From: Candidatus Methylomirabilia bacterium
GTDB lineage: Bacteria; Methylomirabilota; Methylomirabilia; Rokubacteriales; CSP1-6
Assembly (NCBI GenBank): GCA_041492755.1
Contig: JBGPXN010000048.1
Coordinates: forward strand, 1-28,940
Reading direction: 5' to 3'
DNA: 28,940 bases
The notes beneath the pieces are model-generated. The model saw nothing but the letters and a program-made list of their open reading frames with translations. It made no database searches and was not told the origin of the DNA. Made by a program: the position numbers and the translations under genes. Shown piece by piece: positions 16,711 to 27,458 of the stretch; the stretch's first letter is position 1; the number at the start of each line of letters is the position of its first letter.

Positions 16711-17856
16711 TCAGTCAAATTTCAAGATATCGCGGGCGATGACCATCCGCTGGATCTCCGACGTGCCTTCGCCGATCTCGGTCAGCTTGGCGTCGCGGAA
16801 GATACGCTCGACGGGAAACTCGGTGGTGTACCCGGCGCCGCCGTGGAGCTGCACGGCACGGGTGGCCGTCTTCATCGCGGTCTCGGAGGCGAAGAGCTTG
16901 GCCTTGGCGGCCGCCTGCATGGCCGGGCGACCCTCGTCCTTGAGCCACGCCGCTTGCAGCGTGAGCAGGCGCGCCGTCTCCACGTCGGTGGCCATCTCCG
17001 CCACCATACCGCGCAGACCGTTGAATTCCGTGAGGACCCGGCCGAACGCCGTCCGCTGCTTCATGTAGCGCACGGCTTGATCGAGCGCGGCCTGGGCAAT
17101 GCCGACGCCCATGGCCGCCATCGCGATGCGCCCGCCTTCGAGGACCCGGAGCGCGTGCACGAACCCCATCCCGCGCTCGCCGACGAGGTTCTCGCGCGGC
17201 ACGCGTGCGTCCTCGAAGATCAGCTCCGCGGTGTCCGAAGCATGGAGGCCGAGCTTGCGATACGGCTTGGAGGCGCTGAAGCCGGCGGTGCCCTTCTCGA
17301 CGACGAACGCCGAGATCCCCTTGGACTTCTTGTCCGGATCCGTCCGCGCCATCACGACGGCGAGGCCGCCGACGCTGGCGTTGGTGATGAACGCCTTGCT
17401 GCCATTCAGCACCCAGTGGCCGTCGCGTTCCTCGGCTCGCGTGCGCAAGGCGGCGGCGTCCGAGCCGGAGCCCGGCTCCGTCAGTCCCCAGGCGCCGAGC
17501 ATCTCGCCGCGCGCGAGGCGGGGCAGGTACTTCGCCTTCTGCTCGGCGGAACCGTGCAAGACGATGTGATTCGTGCACAAGGAGTTGTGCGCCCACATCG
17601 TGATGCCCACGGACGCGTCGCCGCGGTTCAGCTCCTCGACGATCAGCGCGTAAGAGACGTAGTCGAGGGCGGCCCCGCCGTATTCCTCGGGCACCAGCGC
17701 GCCGAGGAACCCGAGCGGGCCGAGCTTGGCCACGATGTCGTGGGCAAACTCGTGGCGCTCGTCGTAGGGGGCGATCTTGGCGCCGAGCTCGGCCGCCGCG
17801 AACTCGCGCGCCACCGCCCGCACCTGCCGCTGCTCGTCGGTCAGCTCGAAGTCCAT
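16711..17856 (-). CDS. Acyl-CoA dehydrogenase (short/branched-chain type)
   Basis: '[14 protein letters not shown]', '[10 protein letters not shown]', 'KLGLHAS', 'QLHGGAGY', '[17 protein letters not shown]'. Confidence 0.95.
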   Translation of the reverse strand: MDFELTDEQRQVRAVAREFAAAELGAKIAPYDERHEFAHDIVAKLGPLGFLGALVPEEYGGAALDYVSYALIVEELNRGDASVGITMWAHNSLCTNHIVLHGSAEQKAKYLPRLARGEMLGAWGLTEPGSGSDAAALRTRAEERDGHWVLNGSKAFITNASVGGLAVVMARTDPDKKSKGISAFVVEKGTAGFSASKPYRKLGLHASDTAELIFEDARVPRENLVGERGMGFVHALRVLEGGRIAMAAMGVGIAQAALDQAVRYMKQRTAFGRVLTEFNGLRGMVAEMATDVETARLLTLQAAWLKDEGRPAMQAAAKAKLFASETAMKTATRAVQLHGGAGYTTEFPVERIFRDAKLTEIGEGTSEIQRMVIARDILKFD

Positions 17857-17869
17857 GACCGGTCGCGCT

Positions 17870-18874
17870 TCACTCGATGATTCGATCGGCCCGCAGCAGC
17901 AAGCCCTGGGGGATCGCCAGTCCGAGCCGCTTCGCGGTCTTCAAATTTACAATCATCTCGAACTTCGTCGGCTGCTCCACCGGCAAATCGCCGGGCTTCG
18001 CCCCGCGAAGGATGCGGTCCACCTGACCGGCGGCGCGCCTGAACAGCTCGACTGAGCTCGCCGCATAGGCGACGAGCCCTCCCGCGTCCGCCCACTCAAC
18101 CTGGGGATAGATGGTCGGGATCCGGTAGCGCGCGGCCAGGGTGACGACGCGCTCCCGATGTTGGGAAAGCGTCGGATCCTGAAGGACCACCAGCGCCTCC
18201 GCGCGCTCGGCGGCCATCGCCGCAAAGGCACGCTCGATCTCGGCCTCGTCGCGGACCGTGTGGAGGCGCAGCCGGAGGCCGAGCACCACCGCCGCCGCTT
18301 CCGTCTCTTTCATGCCGGCAGCGGTGGCCGGATTCGTCGGGTTCGCGATCACGGCGACCTGCATCGCCCGGGGGAGCAGCTCCCGGAGCAGCTCCAGCCG
18401 CTTGCCGCTCAGCTCAGGGGCCAGACCGGCTTGGCCCGTGAGGTTGCCGGCGGGCCGGGCAAGGCTGGAGACGAGCCCGGCGCGGACGGGATCTCCGTGC
18501 ATCTCGAACACGACGGGGATCTCGGCCGTCGCCTGCTTGGCCGCCTGCGCGACCGGCGCCGAGACAGCGAAGATGACGTCGACCTTCCTCCGGACCATCT
18601 CCGTGACGAGGGCGCCGAGCCGCTCGTGACCCGCGCCCCCGGCGCGAAGGTCAATCACCAGATTCTGTCCCTCCACCCAGCCAAGATCACGCAGGGCTTG
18701 CCGGAAGGCCTCGAAATTCGGGCCGGGGGGACCCGCGTAGGGCTGCAGGTACCCGACGCGCGCCTGCTTCGCCGCCGGCTGCGCCTCGGCCGCGGGTGAC
18801 CACAGGCCGTCGACCGCGGCGAGCAGGATCGTCACCGAAGCCACCAATACGGACCGCGCGATGCGGGCACGCAT
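17870..18874 (-). CDS. ABC-type substrate-binding protein (PF04392/ABC_sub_bind-like)
   Basis: Signal peptide; 'LGWVEGQNL', '[20 protein letters not shown]', '[24 protein letters not shown]'. Confidence 0.9.
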   Translation of the reverse strand: MRARIARSVLVASVTILLAAVDGLWSPAAEAQPAAKQARVGYLQPYAGPPGPNFEAFRQALRDLGWVEGQNLVIDLRAGGAGHERLGALVTEMVRRKVDVIFAVSAPVAQAAKQATAEIPVVFEMHGDPVRAGLVSSLARPAGNLTGQAGLAPELSGKRLELLRELLPRAMQVAVIANPTNPATAAGMKETEAAAVVLGLRLRLHTVRDEAEIERAFAAMAAERAEALVVLQDPTLSQHRERVVTLAARYRIPTIYPQVEWADAGGLVAYAASSVELFRRAAGQVDRILRGAKPGDLPVEQPTKFEMIVNLKTAKRLGLAIPQGLLLRADRIIE

Positions 18875-18877
18875 CGC

Positions 18878-19282
18878 TCAGACGGCGGCGCGGACGTTCT
18901 CGCGGACGAAGCGGACGATGTCCTGGGTGGACGTGCCGGGACCGAACAGCTCCTTCACGCCCGTCGCTTTCAGCGCGGCGACGTCGTCGGGCGGGATGAT
19001 GCCGCCGCCGAAGACGACGACGTCCTCTGCGCCCTTTTCCTTGAGCAGCTCCATGATCCGCTTGAAGAGATAGTTATGGGCGCCCGAGAGCACGCTCAGC
19101 CCGATGGCGTCGGCGTCTTCCTGGATCGCCGTGGCGACCACCTGCTCCGGCGTCTGGTGCAGGCCCGTGTAGATCACTTCGAAGCCCGCGTCGCGCAAGG
19201 CGCGCGCCACGATCTTGGCGCCGCGGTCGTGGCCGTCTAGCCCGGGCTTGGCGACGACGACGCGGATCGGCCGCTCACTCAT
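18878..19282 (-). CDS. icmB: Acyl-CoA mutase small (cobalamin-binding) subunit, IcmB/McmB-like
   Basis: B12-binding motif '[10 protein letters not shown]' (DxHxxG), 'GLSVLSG', 'GGGIIP'. Confidence 0.88.
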   Translation of the reverse strand: MSERPIRVVVAKPGLDGHDRGAKIVARALRDAGFEVIYTGLHQTPEQVVATAIQEDADAIGLSVLSGAHNYLFKRIMELLKEKGAEDVVVFGGGIIPPDDVAALKATGVKELFGPGTSTQDIVRFVRENVRAAV

Positions 19283-19312
19283 GCTCGTGTCCTCCGCGTG
19301 CGACTTGCCTGC

Positions 19313-19735
19313 TCACTTCGTCGTTCCGAGCGATTGACGCAGCCGCTCGCCGACCTTCGCGATCTGCTCGCGGTCGCCGGGCACCAGCTTCCAGTCGAAG
19401 CCCTTGCCGTCGCCGGTGAAGCGCGGGATCAGATGCAGGTGGTAGTGCGGCACCGACTGGAACGCGGCCGCGCCGTTGGCCTGCAGCATGTTCATGCCGT
19501 CCGGCTTGACCGTCTCGCGCAGCGCCGTCGCCACCCGCTGGGCAGCCACGATCGCCGCGCTGAGATCGTCGGGCGTCGCGTCGAAGACCGTGGGCGCATG
19601 GTTCTTGATGATGACCAGACAGTGGCCCGTGTTGAGCGGATTGATGTCCATGATGCAGAAGGTCCGCTCGTCCTCGTACACCTTGGCGGACGGAATCTGC
19701 CCGTCGCGGATCTTGCAGAACACGCAGTCGCTCAT
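19313..19735 (-). CDS. HIT-family nucleotide hydrolase
   Basis: 'DCVFCKI', 'DINPLNTGH', histidine triad 'HYHLHLIPR'; RBS GGAGG at 19745-19741. Confidence 0.93.
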   Translation of the reverse strand: MSDCVFCKIRDGQIPSAKVYEDERTFCIMDINPLNTGHCLVIIKNHAPTVFDATPDDLSAAIVAAQRVATALRETVKPDGMNMLQANGAAAFQSVPHYHLHLIPRFTGDGKGFDWKLVPGDREQIAKVGERLRQSLGTTK

Positions 19736-19748
19736 CGCGGCCTCCGTA

Positions 19749-19833
19749 TCGAGGAGCGCCACGGGTTCCCCGGGGCGCTCCGAGCGTAAGGGGGGGTATG
19801 GGGGGCCGTTTCGGGGCCCCCCATGTCCTCAGA
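19749..19833. repeat. Two-hairpin intergenic repeat (REP/BIME-like), copy 2
   Basis: GGAGCGCCACGGG-TTC-CCCGGGGCGCTCC followed by ATGGGGGGCC-N7-GGCCCCCCAT; homologous to 1309-1390 and fills the ilvE-HIT gap. Confidence 0.75.
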
Positions 19834-20896
19834 CCTCGAGGGTCCAGCCGCGCGTGTCGGCCGCCGTGCCGTACTGGATGCCGACGATGGTGTCGTAGAG
19901 CCGCTGGGTGAGCTCGCCGATGCGCCCGCCGTTCACCACGATCTTGCGGTCCTTGTAGACGAGCTCGCCCACCGGGGAAATGACGGCGGCGGTACCGGTG
20001 CCCCACACCTCCCGCAGCGTGCCCTTGTCGGCGGCGTCGACCACTTCGTCGATGCTCACCAGCCGCTCCGACACGCGCAGGCCCCACTCCCGCGTGAGCG
20101 CGAGCGCGGAGTCGCGGGTGACGCCCGCGAGCAACGAGCCGTTGAGCGGCGGCGTGATGATCTCGTCGCCGATCTCCAGCATGATGTTCATGGTGCCGAC
20201 TTCTTCGATGTACTTGCGGTGCACGCCGTCGAGCCACAGCACCTGGGTGAAGCCTTCGTGCTTGGCCTCTTCCGCCGCGTACAGGCTGGCCGCGTAGTTG
20301 GCCGCCGTCTTTGCCTCACCCAGCCCGCCCGGCACCGCGCGCACGTACTTGTCGATGACCTTGATGCGCACCGGATTCATGCCCTCGGGGTAGTACGCGC
20401 CGACCGGCGACAGGATCACGTAGTACAGGTACTCCTTGGCCGGACGCACGCCGAGGAACGCCTCGCTGGCGATGATGGTCGGGCGAATGTAGAGCGAGGT
20501 GCCGACCGCCGCCGGGACCCACTCACGATCGACGTCCACCACCGTGGTCCAGGACTTCAACACCAGATCGGGGTCCAGCGCCGGAATGCACATCCGCTCC
20601 GCGGTCCGGTTCAGGCGCTGCACGTGCTTGTCGGGACGGAAGAGCCGGATCCGGCCGTCCTTCCCCCGGAACGCCTTGAGGCCCTCGAAGAGCGACTGTC
20701 CATAGTGCAGCACGGCCGTCGCCGGATCGAGCGAGAGCGGCCCATACGGCTCGACCCGCGGGTCGTACCACCCCTTCTCTTCCTGGAAGTCCGCGAGGAA
20801 CATGTGGTCGGTGAAGACGTTCCCGAACGCCAGGTCCTTGTCCTTCGGCCGGTCCTTCTTCGTCGTCGCCCGCGTCACTCTGATCGCGTCGCTCAT
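19829..20896 (-). CDS. ilvE: Branched-chain amino acid aminotransferase
   Basis: 'FGNVFTDHM', 'LHYGQSLFEGLKA', 'SLYIRP', PLP lysine in 'AKTAANY', 'EEVGTMN', 'GTGTAAVISPVG'. Confidence 0.96.
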   Translation of the reverse strand: MSDAIRVTRATTKKDRPKDKDLAFGNVFTDHMFLADFQEEKGWYDPRVEPYGPLSLDPATAVLHYGQSLFEGLKAFRGKDGRIRLFRPDKHVQRLNRTAERMCIPALDPDLVLKSWTTVVDVDREWVPAAVGTSLYIRPTIIASEAFLGVRPAKEYLYYVILSPVGAYYPEGMNPVRIKVIDKYVRAVPGGLGEAKTAANYAASLYAAEEAKHEGFTQVLWLDGVHRKYIEEVGTMNIMLEIGDEIITPPLNGSLLAGVTRDSALALTREWGLRVSERLVSIDEVVDAADKGTLREVWGTGTAAVISPVGELVYKDRKIVVNGGRIGELTQRLYDTIVGIQYGTAADTRGWTLEV

Positions 20897-21105
20897 CTCG
20901 TCACCTCGTTCCCAGCTGCGATTCGCTCATGCGAGCAGACCAAACATGTGCCCGGAGTCTTTGAGCACAGACAGCAAGAGTCTTGATCCGGAAACGGCTT
21001 GGCGCACACGTGACCGCACGTCGTAAGCCACCGTGCCCTGCCATTCACGGTTATTCGCAATTCCGGCCCGTCCATCGCTGTCTCGAAGTCCTTCGCGATC
21101 TCCAA
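20893..21105 (-). CDS. Candidate small Cys-rich (zinc-finger-like) protein, 70 aa
   Basis: AGGAGG (overlapping the mutase stop), 7 nt, then TTG. The TGA stop overlaps the ilvE ATG (ATGA). Pattern C-G-H-x-C-x9-C-C-x-C-x6-C-x2-C-x-H. Confidence 0.6.
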   Translation of the reverse strand: MEIAKDFETAMDGPELRITVNGRARWLTTCGHVCAKPFPDQDSCCLCSKTPGTCLVCSHERIAAGNEVTR

Positions 21106-21116
21106 GAAGAGACCTC

Positions 21117-22762
<1,646 letters not shown>

Positions 22763-22766
<4 letters not shown>

Positions 22767-23911
22767 GCGGTTTCTCCCAGCACCTCGCGCGCGATGACGA
22801 GCTTCTGGATCTGCGACGTGCCCTCGTAGATCTGGGTGATCTTGGCGTCCCGGAAGTAGCGCTCCACCTCGTACTCCTTGATGAACCCGTAGCCGCCGTG
22901 CACCTGGATGGCGTCGGTCGTCACCTTCATCGCGGTCTCGGCGGCGAAGAGCTTGGCCATCGCGGCGGCCGCGCGGTATTTCTGGCCGGCGTCCTTCATC
23001 GCGGCCGCACGCAACGTGAGCAGGCGCGCGCCTTCGATGGTCGTCGCCATGTCGGCGAGCATCCACTGCACCATCTGGTGCTGGCCGATGGGCACGCCGA
23101 ACGACTTGCGCTCCCGCGCGTAGGCCACCGAGCGCTCGTAGGCGCCCTGCGCGATGCCGACGGCCTGGGCCGCGATGCCGACGCGGCCGCCGTCGAGCGC
23201 GGCCAGCGCGATCTTGAAGCCCATGCCTTCCTCGCCGAGGCGGTTCGCCACCGGCACCCGGCATTCGTCGAAGACGAGCTCGACGGTGTCGGAACCACGG
23301 ATCCCGAGCTTGTCCTCGGTCTTCGACACACTGAGCCCGGACGTGGCCTTGTCGATCAGCAGGGCGGAGATTCCGCGGCGTCCCTGGGAACGGTCGGTCT
23401 GGCAAAAAACGAGCGCGGCCGACGCCTCCCGCCCGTTGCTCACGAACAGCTTACGGCCGGTGACCACGTAGTGATCCCCGTCGCGCACCGCCACCGTGTG
23501 CTGATTGCTCGCGTCCGAGCCGGCTTGGGGCTCGGTGAGGGCAAAGCAGCCGATGTGGTGACCGGAGGCGTAGGGTGTGAGGAACCGCGCCTTCTGCTCG
23601 CGGGTGCCGAACGTCAGCACGGGATCGCAGTAGAGCGAGTTGTTGACCGACATGACCACGGCGTGAGACGCGCACTCCCGCGCGACCTCGATCACCGCCA
23701 GCGCGTACGAGATCGCGTCGGCCCCGCTGCCGCCCCACTCCTCGGGCACCGCGATGCCCATGAGGCCGAGCTCGCCCATCCGCTTCACGGTCTCGTGCGG
23801 GAAGCGTGCCTCGCGATCGATGTCGGCCGCGATCGGCTTGAGCTCGCTCTCCGCGAACTCGCGCGCCATCGTCTGGACCATTCGCTGCTCGTCGGTCAAA
23901 TCGAACCGCAT
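22763..23911 (-). CDS. Acyl-CoA dehydrogenase (butyryl-CoA dehydrogenase-like)
   Basis: '[14 protein letters not shown]', 'KLGIRGS', '[16 protein letters not shown]', 'QVHGGYGF', '[17 protein letters not shown]'. Confidence 0.95.
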
Positions 23912-23949
23912 GCTGCCACTCCGTTCCCTCCGCGCCCTCTGCCGTCCCG

Positions 23950-24927
23950 CTATTTCTCCAACAGCCGCTTGAATTCCTGGGTCAACGCCGGGACCACCTC
24001 GAACAGGTCGCCGACGATCCCGTAGTCGGCGATCTTGAAGATCGGCGCCTCCGGATCCTTGTTGATGGCGACGATGACCTTGGACGTCCGCATGCCGGCC
24101 AGGTGCTGGATCGCGCCCGACACCCCGAAGCCCAGATAGAGCTTGGGCGAGATCGTCCGGCCGGTCTGGCCGATCTGGAACCGATGCGGCCGCCACCCGG
24201 CATCGACGGCGGCGCGCGAGGCGCCGACGGCGGCGCCGATGACACCCCCCATTTCCTCCAGGATCACGTAGTTCTCCGGCCCCTTCATGCCCCGGCCGCC
24301 GGAGATGACGATCTCGGCCTCGGTGAGCTCGGGCAACCCCGTGGACGCTTCTTCACGGCGCTCGACGAACTTCGCGGCGCCGCTCCCGGCGGTGACGGCG
24401 GGCCGATTCACGGTGGCCGTCTTCCCGGGCTGAGACTCCGCGGGGCGGAATACGTTCGGCCGGAGCGTGGCCACCCACGGCCCCTTGGCCCACGTGACTC
24501 TGGAGATGAGCTTCCCCGCGTACACGGGTCGCGTGGCCACCAGGCGGTCGCCATCCATCGCGAAACCGACCGAGTCGGCCGCGAGACCGACGCCGAGCCG
24601 GGCGGCGAGCCGGGCGACGAACTCGCGCTGCCGGCTGGTCACCGGCGCCAGGATCGCCTTCGGCGATTCCTTGGCGGCGAGATCGGCGGCCGCCGACACC
24701 CACACGTCGCTCTGATACGGCGCGAAGGCCGCGTTCTCGAGCAGCAGCACGCGCGTGGCGCCCCAGGCGCCGAGCTGCGCGAGGCCCTCGTCGGTCGCCT
24801 TGTCGGTGAGCCAGACCGCCTCGGCCGTTCCGCCAAGGCGCGTGGCTTCACCGATCACCTCGGCCATGACTTTCTTGGGCGATCCCTTTCGATCGTCCTC
24901 GACGATGCACCAGAATGCGCCTGCCAT
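23950..24927 (-). CDS. etfA: Electron transfer flavoprotein alpha subunit
   Basis: 'IVISGGRG', '[11 protein letters not shown]', 'QIGQTG', '[12 protein letters not shown]', '[10 protein letters not shown]'. Confidence 0.96.
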   Translation of the reverse strand: MAGAFWCIVEDDRKGSPKKVMAEVIGEATRLGGTAEAVWLTDKATDEGLAQLGAWGATRVLLLENAAFAPYQSDVWVSAAADLAAKESPKAILAPVTSRQREFVARLAARLGVGLAADSVGFAMDGDRLVATRPVYAGKLISRVTWAKGPWVATLRPNVFRPAESQPGKTATVNRPAVTAGSGAAKFVERREEASTGLPELTEAEIVISGGRGMKGPENYVILEEMGGVIGAAVGASRAAVDAGWRPHRFQIGQTGRTISPKLYLGFGVSGAIQHLAGMRTSKVIVAINKDPEAPIFKIADYGIVGDLFEVVPALTQEFKRLLEK

Positions 24928-24950
24928 GTCGTGCTCCTATCGATGTGGGC

Positions 24951-25730
24951 TCAGATAGCCTTCGCGTCTTCGCGCAGCGCGCGCACCAGCTCCTTGACCG
25001 CCGTCGGCACGTCCCCCTGGATCACCCGCCCGGGTGGCCGCGGCGGCAGCGCTTCCAGACCGACGAGCGTGAGCTGAACCTGGTCGGCGCCAAGCCCGAG
25101 GTCGGACGCCTTCACGTCCCTGATCTCCTTCTTCTTGGCGCCCATGATCCCCTTGAGCGTGGGATAGCGCGGCTCGTTCATGCCCTTCTGCGCGGACAGC
25201 ACGGCCGGCAGCGGCAGATCGAACAGCTCCAACCCGCCCTCGACCTGGCGGCCCGCGCGCACCGTCTTGCCGTCGGCGTCGACGACCTCTTCCATGATCC
25301 AGGACAGGCACGGCCAGCCCAGCACCTCGGCGAGCTGGGCGGCAACCGCGCCCATGTCGTCGTCGATTGCCTGCCGGCCGGCGAGCACCAGCTGCGCGCC
25401 CTCCTGCTTGATGACGGCCGCGAGCGCGCGCGCCGTGGTCAGCGTGTCCACTTCGGCCCACGCGGGATCGTTGAGGTGGATCGCCCGATCGCACCCCATG
25501 GCCAGGCACGAGCGTAGCGCTTCCTTCACGCGGGCCGGGCCGAGGGAGACGGCGACGACCTCGCCCTGCCCGCGCTTTTCCTTGATCCGCAACGCCTCTT
25601 CGACGGCGTACTCGTCGTAGGGCGACACGATCCACGTGATGCCCGCGGTCTCGATCGCCTTGCCCCCGGCCGCGACCTTCATCTGCGTCGCCGTGTCCGG
25701 CACCTGTTTGATGCAAACGACGATCTTCAT
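24951..25730 (-). CDS. etfB: Electron transfer flavoprotein beta subunit
   Basis: 'MKIVVCIKQVPD', 'PYDEYAVEEAL', 'GRQAIDDD', 'NEPRYP'. Confidence 0.96.
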   Translation of the reverse strand: MKIVVCIKQVPDTATQMKVAAGGKAIETAGITWIVSPYDEYAVEEALRIKEKRGQGEVVAVSLGPARVKEALRSCLAMGCDRAIHLNDPAWAEVDTLTTARALAAVIKQEGAQLVLAGRQAIDDDMGAVAAQLAEVLGWPCLSWIMEEVVDADGKTVRAGRQVEGGLELFDLPLPAVLSAQKGMNEPRYPTLKGIMGAKKKEIRDVKASDLGLGADQVQLTLVGLEALPPRPPGRVIQGDVPTAVKELVRALREDAKAI

Positions 25731-26467
25731 GCATGCTCCCTTTCGGACGGGCCGTAGTGGAGTTCGCGGGTGATTCGGAATCGGTCGCCCGGGATGAAGA
25801 CGTGATCGAAGACGACGGCCTGGCCGGTGACACCCAGTGATACGCGCTCGGAGCCGAAGGCGGGGGCGCCGGTGCGGCACCCGAGCTCGCGCGCCTCGCG
25901 GCGCGCGAGACGGATGGCCGAGACGGTCTCGCGCGCCCGGTCGATGACGATCCCGAGCTTGAACTCGAGGGTCTGACGCAGCGGCGTGAGGCTGAGATCC
26001 GCGCGCATGACTTCCTCCCCGATATGGGCGGGCAAGTACGAGCGCTGCAGGCTGAGCGGCCGGGCGTCGACGAGCCTCAACCGCTCCAGCACCAGCACGC
26101 GGGCGCCGAGGGCCAGCCCGAGGGCGCGCGCCACGCGCCGATCGGCGCCGACGAAACGGGTGTCGAGCACGCGCGTCGTGACCTGCTCACCGCGCGCGCT
26201 CAGGTCGCCGGCGAACCGGTTGAGCTGCAGGATGTCGTAGTCGATGGACGGCGCAGCCACGAACGTGCCGAGCCCGTGCTGGCGCGCGATGAGCTGCTCA
26301 CGTTCGAGGACGTCCAGCGCCTGGCGCAGCGTCATGAGGGTCACGCCGAAGTCGCGGGCGAGCTTGCGCTGGTTGTCGAGGCGCGCGCCGGCCGCCAGGC
26401 GACCGTCGCGGATCTGCCCACGCAGCACCTCGGCGATCTGGTGATATCTCGGTATCCGTCCGTTCAC
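25727..26467 (-). CDS. GntR-family transcriptional regulator, HutC/UTRA subfamily
   Basis: wHTH 'PRYHQIAEVLR...LARDFGVTLMTLRQAL...GLGTFV' plus a UTRA domain 'LERLRLVDARPLSLQRSYLP'. GTG start with a GGAG RBS; the stop overlaps the etfB ATG. Confidence 0.92.
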   Translation of the reverse strand: MNGRIPRYHQIAEVLRGQIRDGRLAAGARLDNQRKLARDFGVTLMTLRQALDVLEREQLIARQHGLGTFVAAPSIDYDILQLNRFAGDLSARGEQVTTRVLDTRFVGADRRVARALGLALGARVLVLERLRLVDARPLSLQRSYLPAHIGEEVMRADLSLTPLRQTLEFKLGIVIDRARETVSAIRLARREARELGCRTGAPAFGSERVSLGVTGQAVVFDHVFIPGDRFRITRELHYGPSEREHA

Positions 26468-26484
26468 GTCCGCTCCGTTGCGAA

Positions 26485-26498
26485 GTGTTCTAGAACAC
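26485..26498. promoter_or_regulatory. Perfect 14-bp palindrome GTGTTCTAGAACAC, putative GntR/HutC operator
   Basis: Lies between the predicted -10 and the RBS of the GntR gene, and resembles HutC-subfamily palindromes (DasR/NagR-type TGGTCTAGACCA). Confidence 0.65.
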
Positions 26499-26500
26499 CG

Positions 26501-26530
26501 ATTGTAGGGGCCCTTCGCCATGTGGCGCAA
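26501..26530 (-). promoter_or_regulatory. Putative sigma70 promoter of the gntR-etfBA-acd-icmA operon
   Basis: Minus strand TTGCGC-N18-TACAAT. Confidence 0.55.
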
Positions 26531-26618
26531 GACCTTGTCGCCATGGCCGGATCGGCCGGCCCTTGGCGGGCCACGACCCGGCGACCACCGCAGCGCGTCC
26601 ACGCGTTCAGTATCCGCC

Positions 26619-26647
26619 TTGCCGCGAGCGGGACCCTGCCGTACTGT
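26619..26647 (+). promoter_or_regulatory. Putative sigma70 promoter of the divergent crotonase operon
   Basis: TTGCCG-N17-TACTGT, about 55 bp upstream of GTG 26703. Confidence 0.45.
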
Positions 26648-26702
26648 TCAGGGGCCCGCGCGGGCTCGGCGACCCACGCGGAAACGACGAGAGGAATCGA
26701 CT

Positions 26703-27458
26703 GTGAGTGTCCCGACCATCCGCCTCGAATTCGACGGCGCCGTCGCGCGGTTGACCCTGGATCGGCCACATGTCCTCAACGCCGGCGACGCCGCCTTCGC
26801 CGCCGATCTGCACCGCGCGGTCACCGAGCTCGGCCGGCGGACCGACGTCCGGGTCGTGGTGCTGACCGGCGCGGGTCGCGCGTTCTCGACGGGCGTCGAT
26901 CTCACGTCACTGGCCCGCGGGGAGTTTCACTTCGCGGACTTCGTGCTCTGGGAAGACGCGATGACCGCGATGGAGCGGCTGCCGATGCTCTTCATCGCCG
27001 GGATCAACGGCCACTGCCTGGGCGGTGGGCTGCAGCTCACCCTCGTGTGCGACTACCGTCTGGTGAGCGAGGACGCGCTGCTGGGCCTGCCCGCGGTCAA
27101 GGAATGCCTGATTCCGTCCATGGCGCTCTATCGGCTGCCGCGGCTCATCGGCGCCGCCCGCGCGCGCGAGTTGATCCTGCTCGGCGAGCCCATCGCGGCC
27201 CGCGAGGCGGAGCGTTACGGCCTCGTCAACCGCGTCGTTCCCGCCGCCGAGTTCGCGCGCGCGCTGGACGACACGATCGCGCGCTTCCTGGCGCTGCCAC
27301 CGTCGAGCGTGCTCGCCAGCAAGCGGCTCTGCGCCCGGGCGTTCGACCTGGACTTCGAGGCGTTCCGCAAGGAGATGGAGGCGGAGTTCCGCGTCTGCCT
27401 GGACTCATCGGAGCACCAGGCCGCCATGGCCGCCATCCGCCGCGACAAGCGACAGTGA
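26703..27458 (+). CDS. Enoyl-CoA hydratase/isomerase family protein
   Basis: 'RLTLDRPHVLNA', 'GRAFSTGVD', 'NGHCLGGGLQLTLVCDYR'; GTG start with a GAGG RBS. Confidence 0.88.
   Translation: MSVPTIRLEFDGAVARLTLDRPHVLNAGDAAFAADLHRAVTELGRRTDVRVVVLTGAGRAFSTGVDLTSLARGEFHFADFVLWEDAMTAMERLPMLFIAGINGHCLGGGLQLTLVCDYRLVSEDALLGLPAVKECLIPSMALYRLPRLIGAARARELILLGEPIAAREAERYGLVNRVVPAAEFARALDDTIARFLALPPSSVLASKRLCARAFDLDFEAFRKEMEAEFRVCLDSSEHQAAMAAIRRDKRQ

Noticed and set aside
17777..18055. Plus-strand ORF '[19 protein letters not shown]...'
   Set aside because: It is the antisense reading of the conserved C-terminus of the PF04392-type binding protein.
20897..21116. Cobalamin riboswitch or T-box/attenuator in the icmA-ilvE gap
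   Set aside because: No recognisable B12-box or T-box consensus by eye, and the gap is better explained by the coupled Cys-rich ORF. An Rfam scan would settle it.
23950..25730. Electron-bifurcating Etf-Bcd complex
   Set aside because: EtfB reads 'GRQAIDDDMGAV' and 'DPAWAEVDT' rather than the 'AIDGDTAQVG' and 'F.GADT' motifs I associate with bifurcating ETFs, so there is no support from the sequence.
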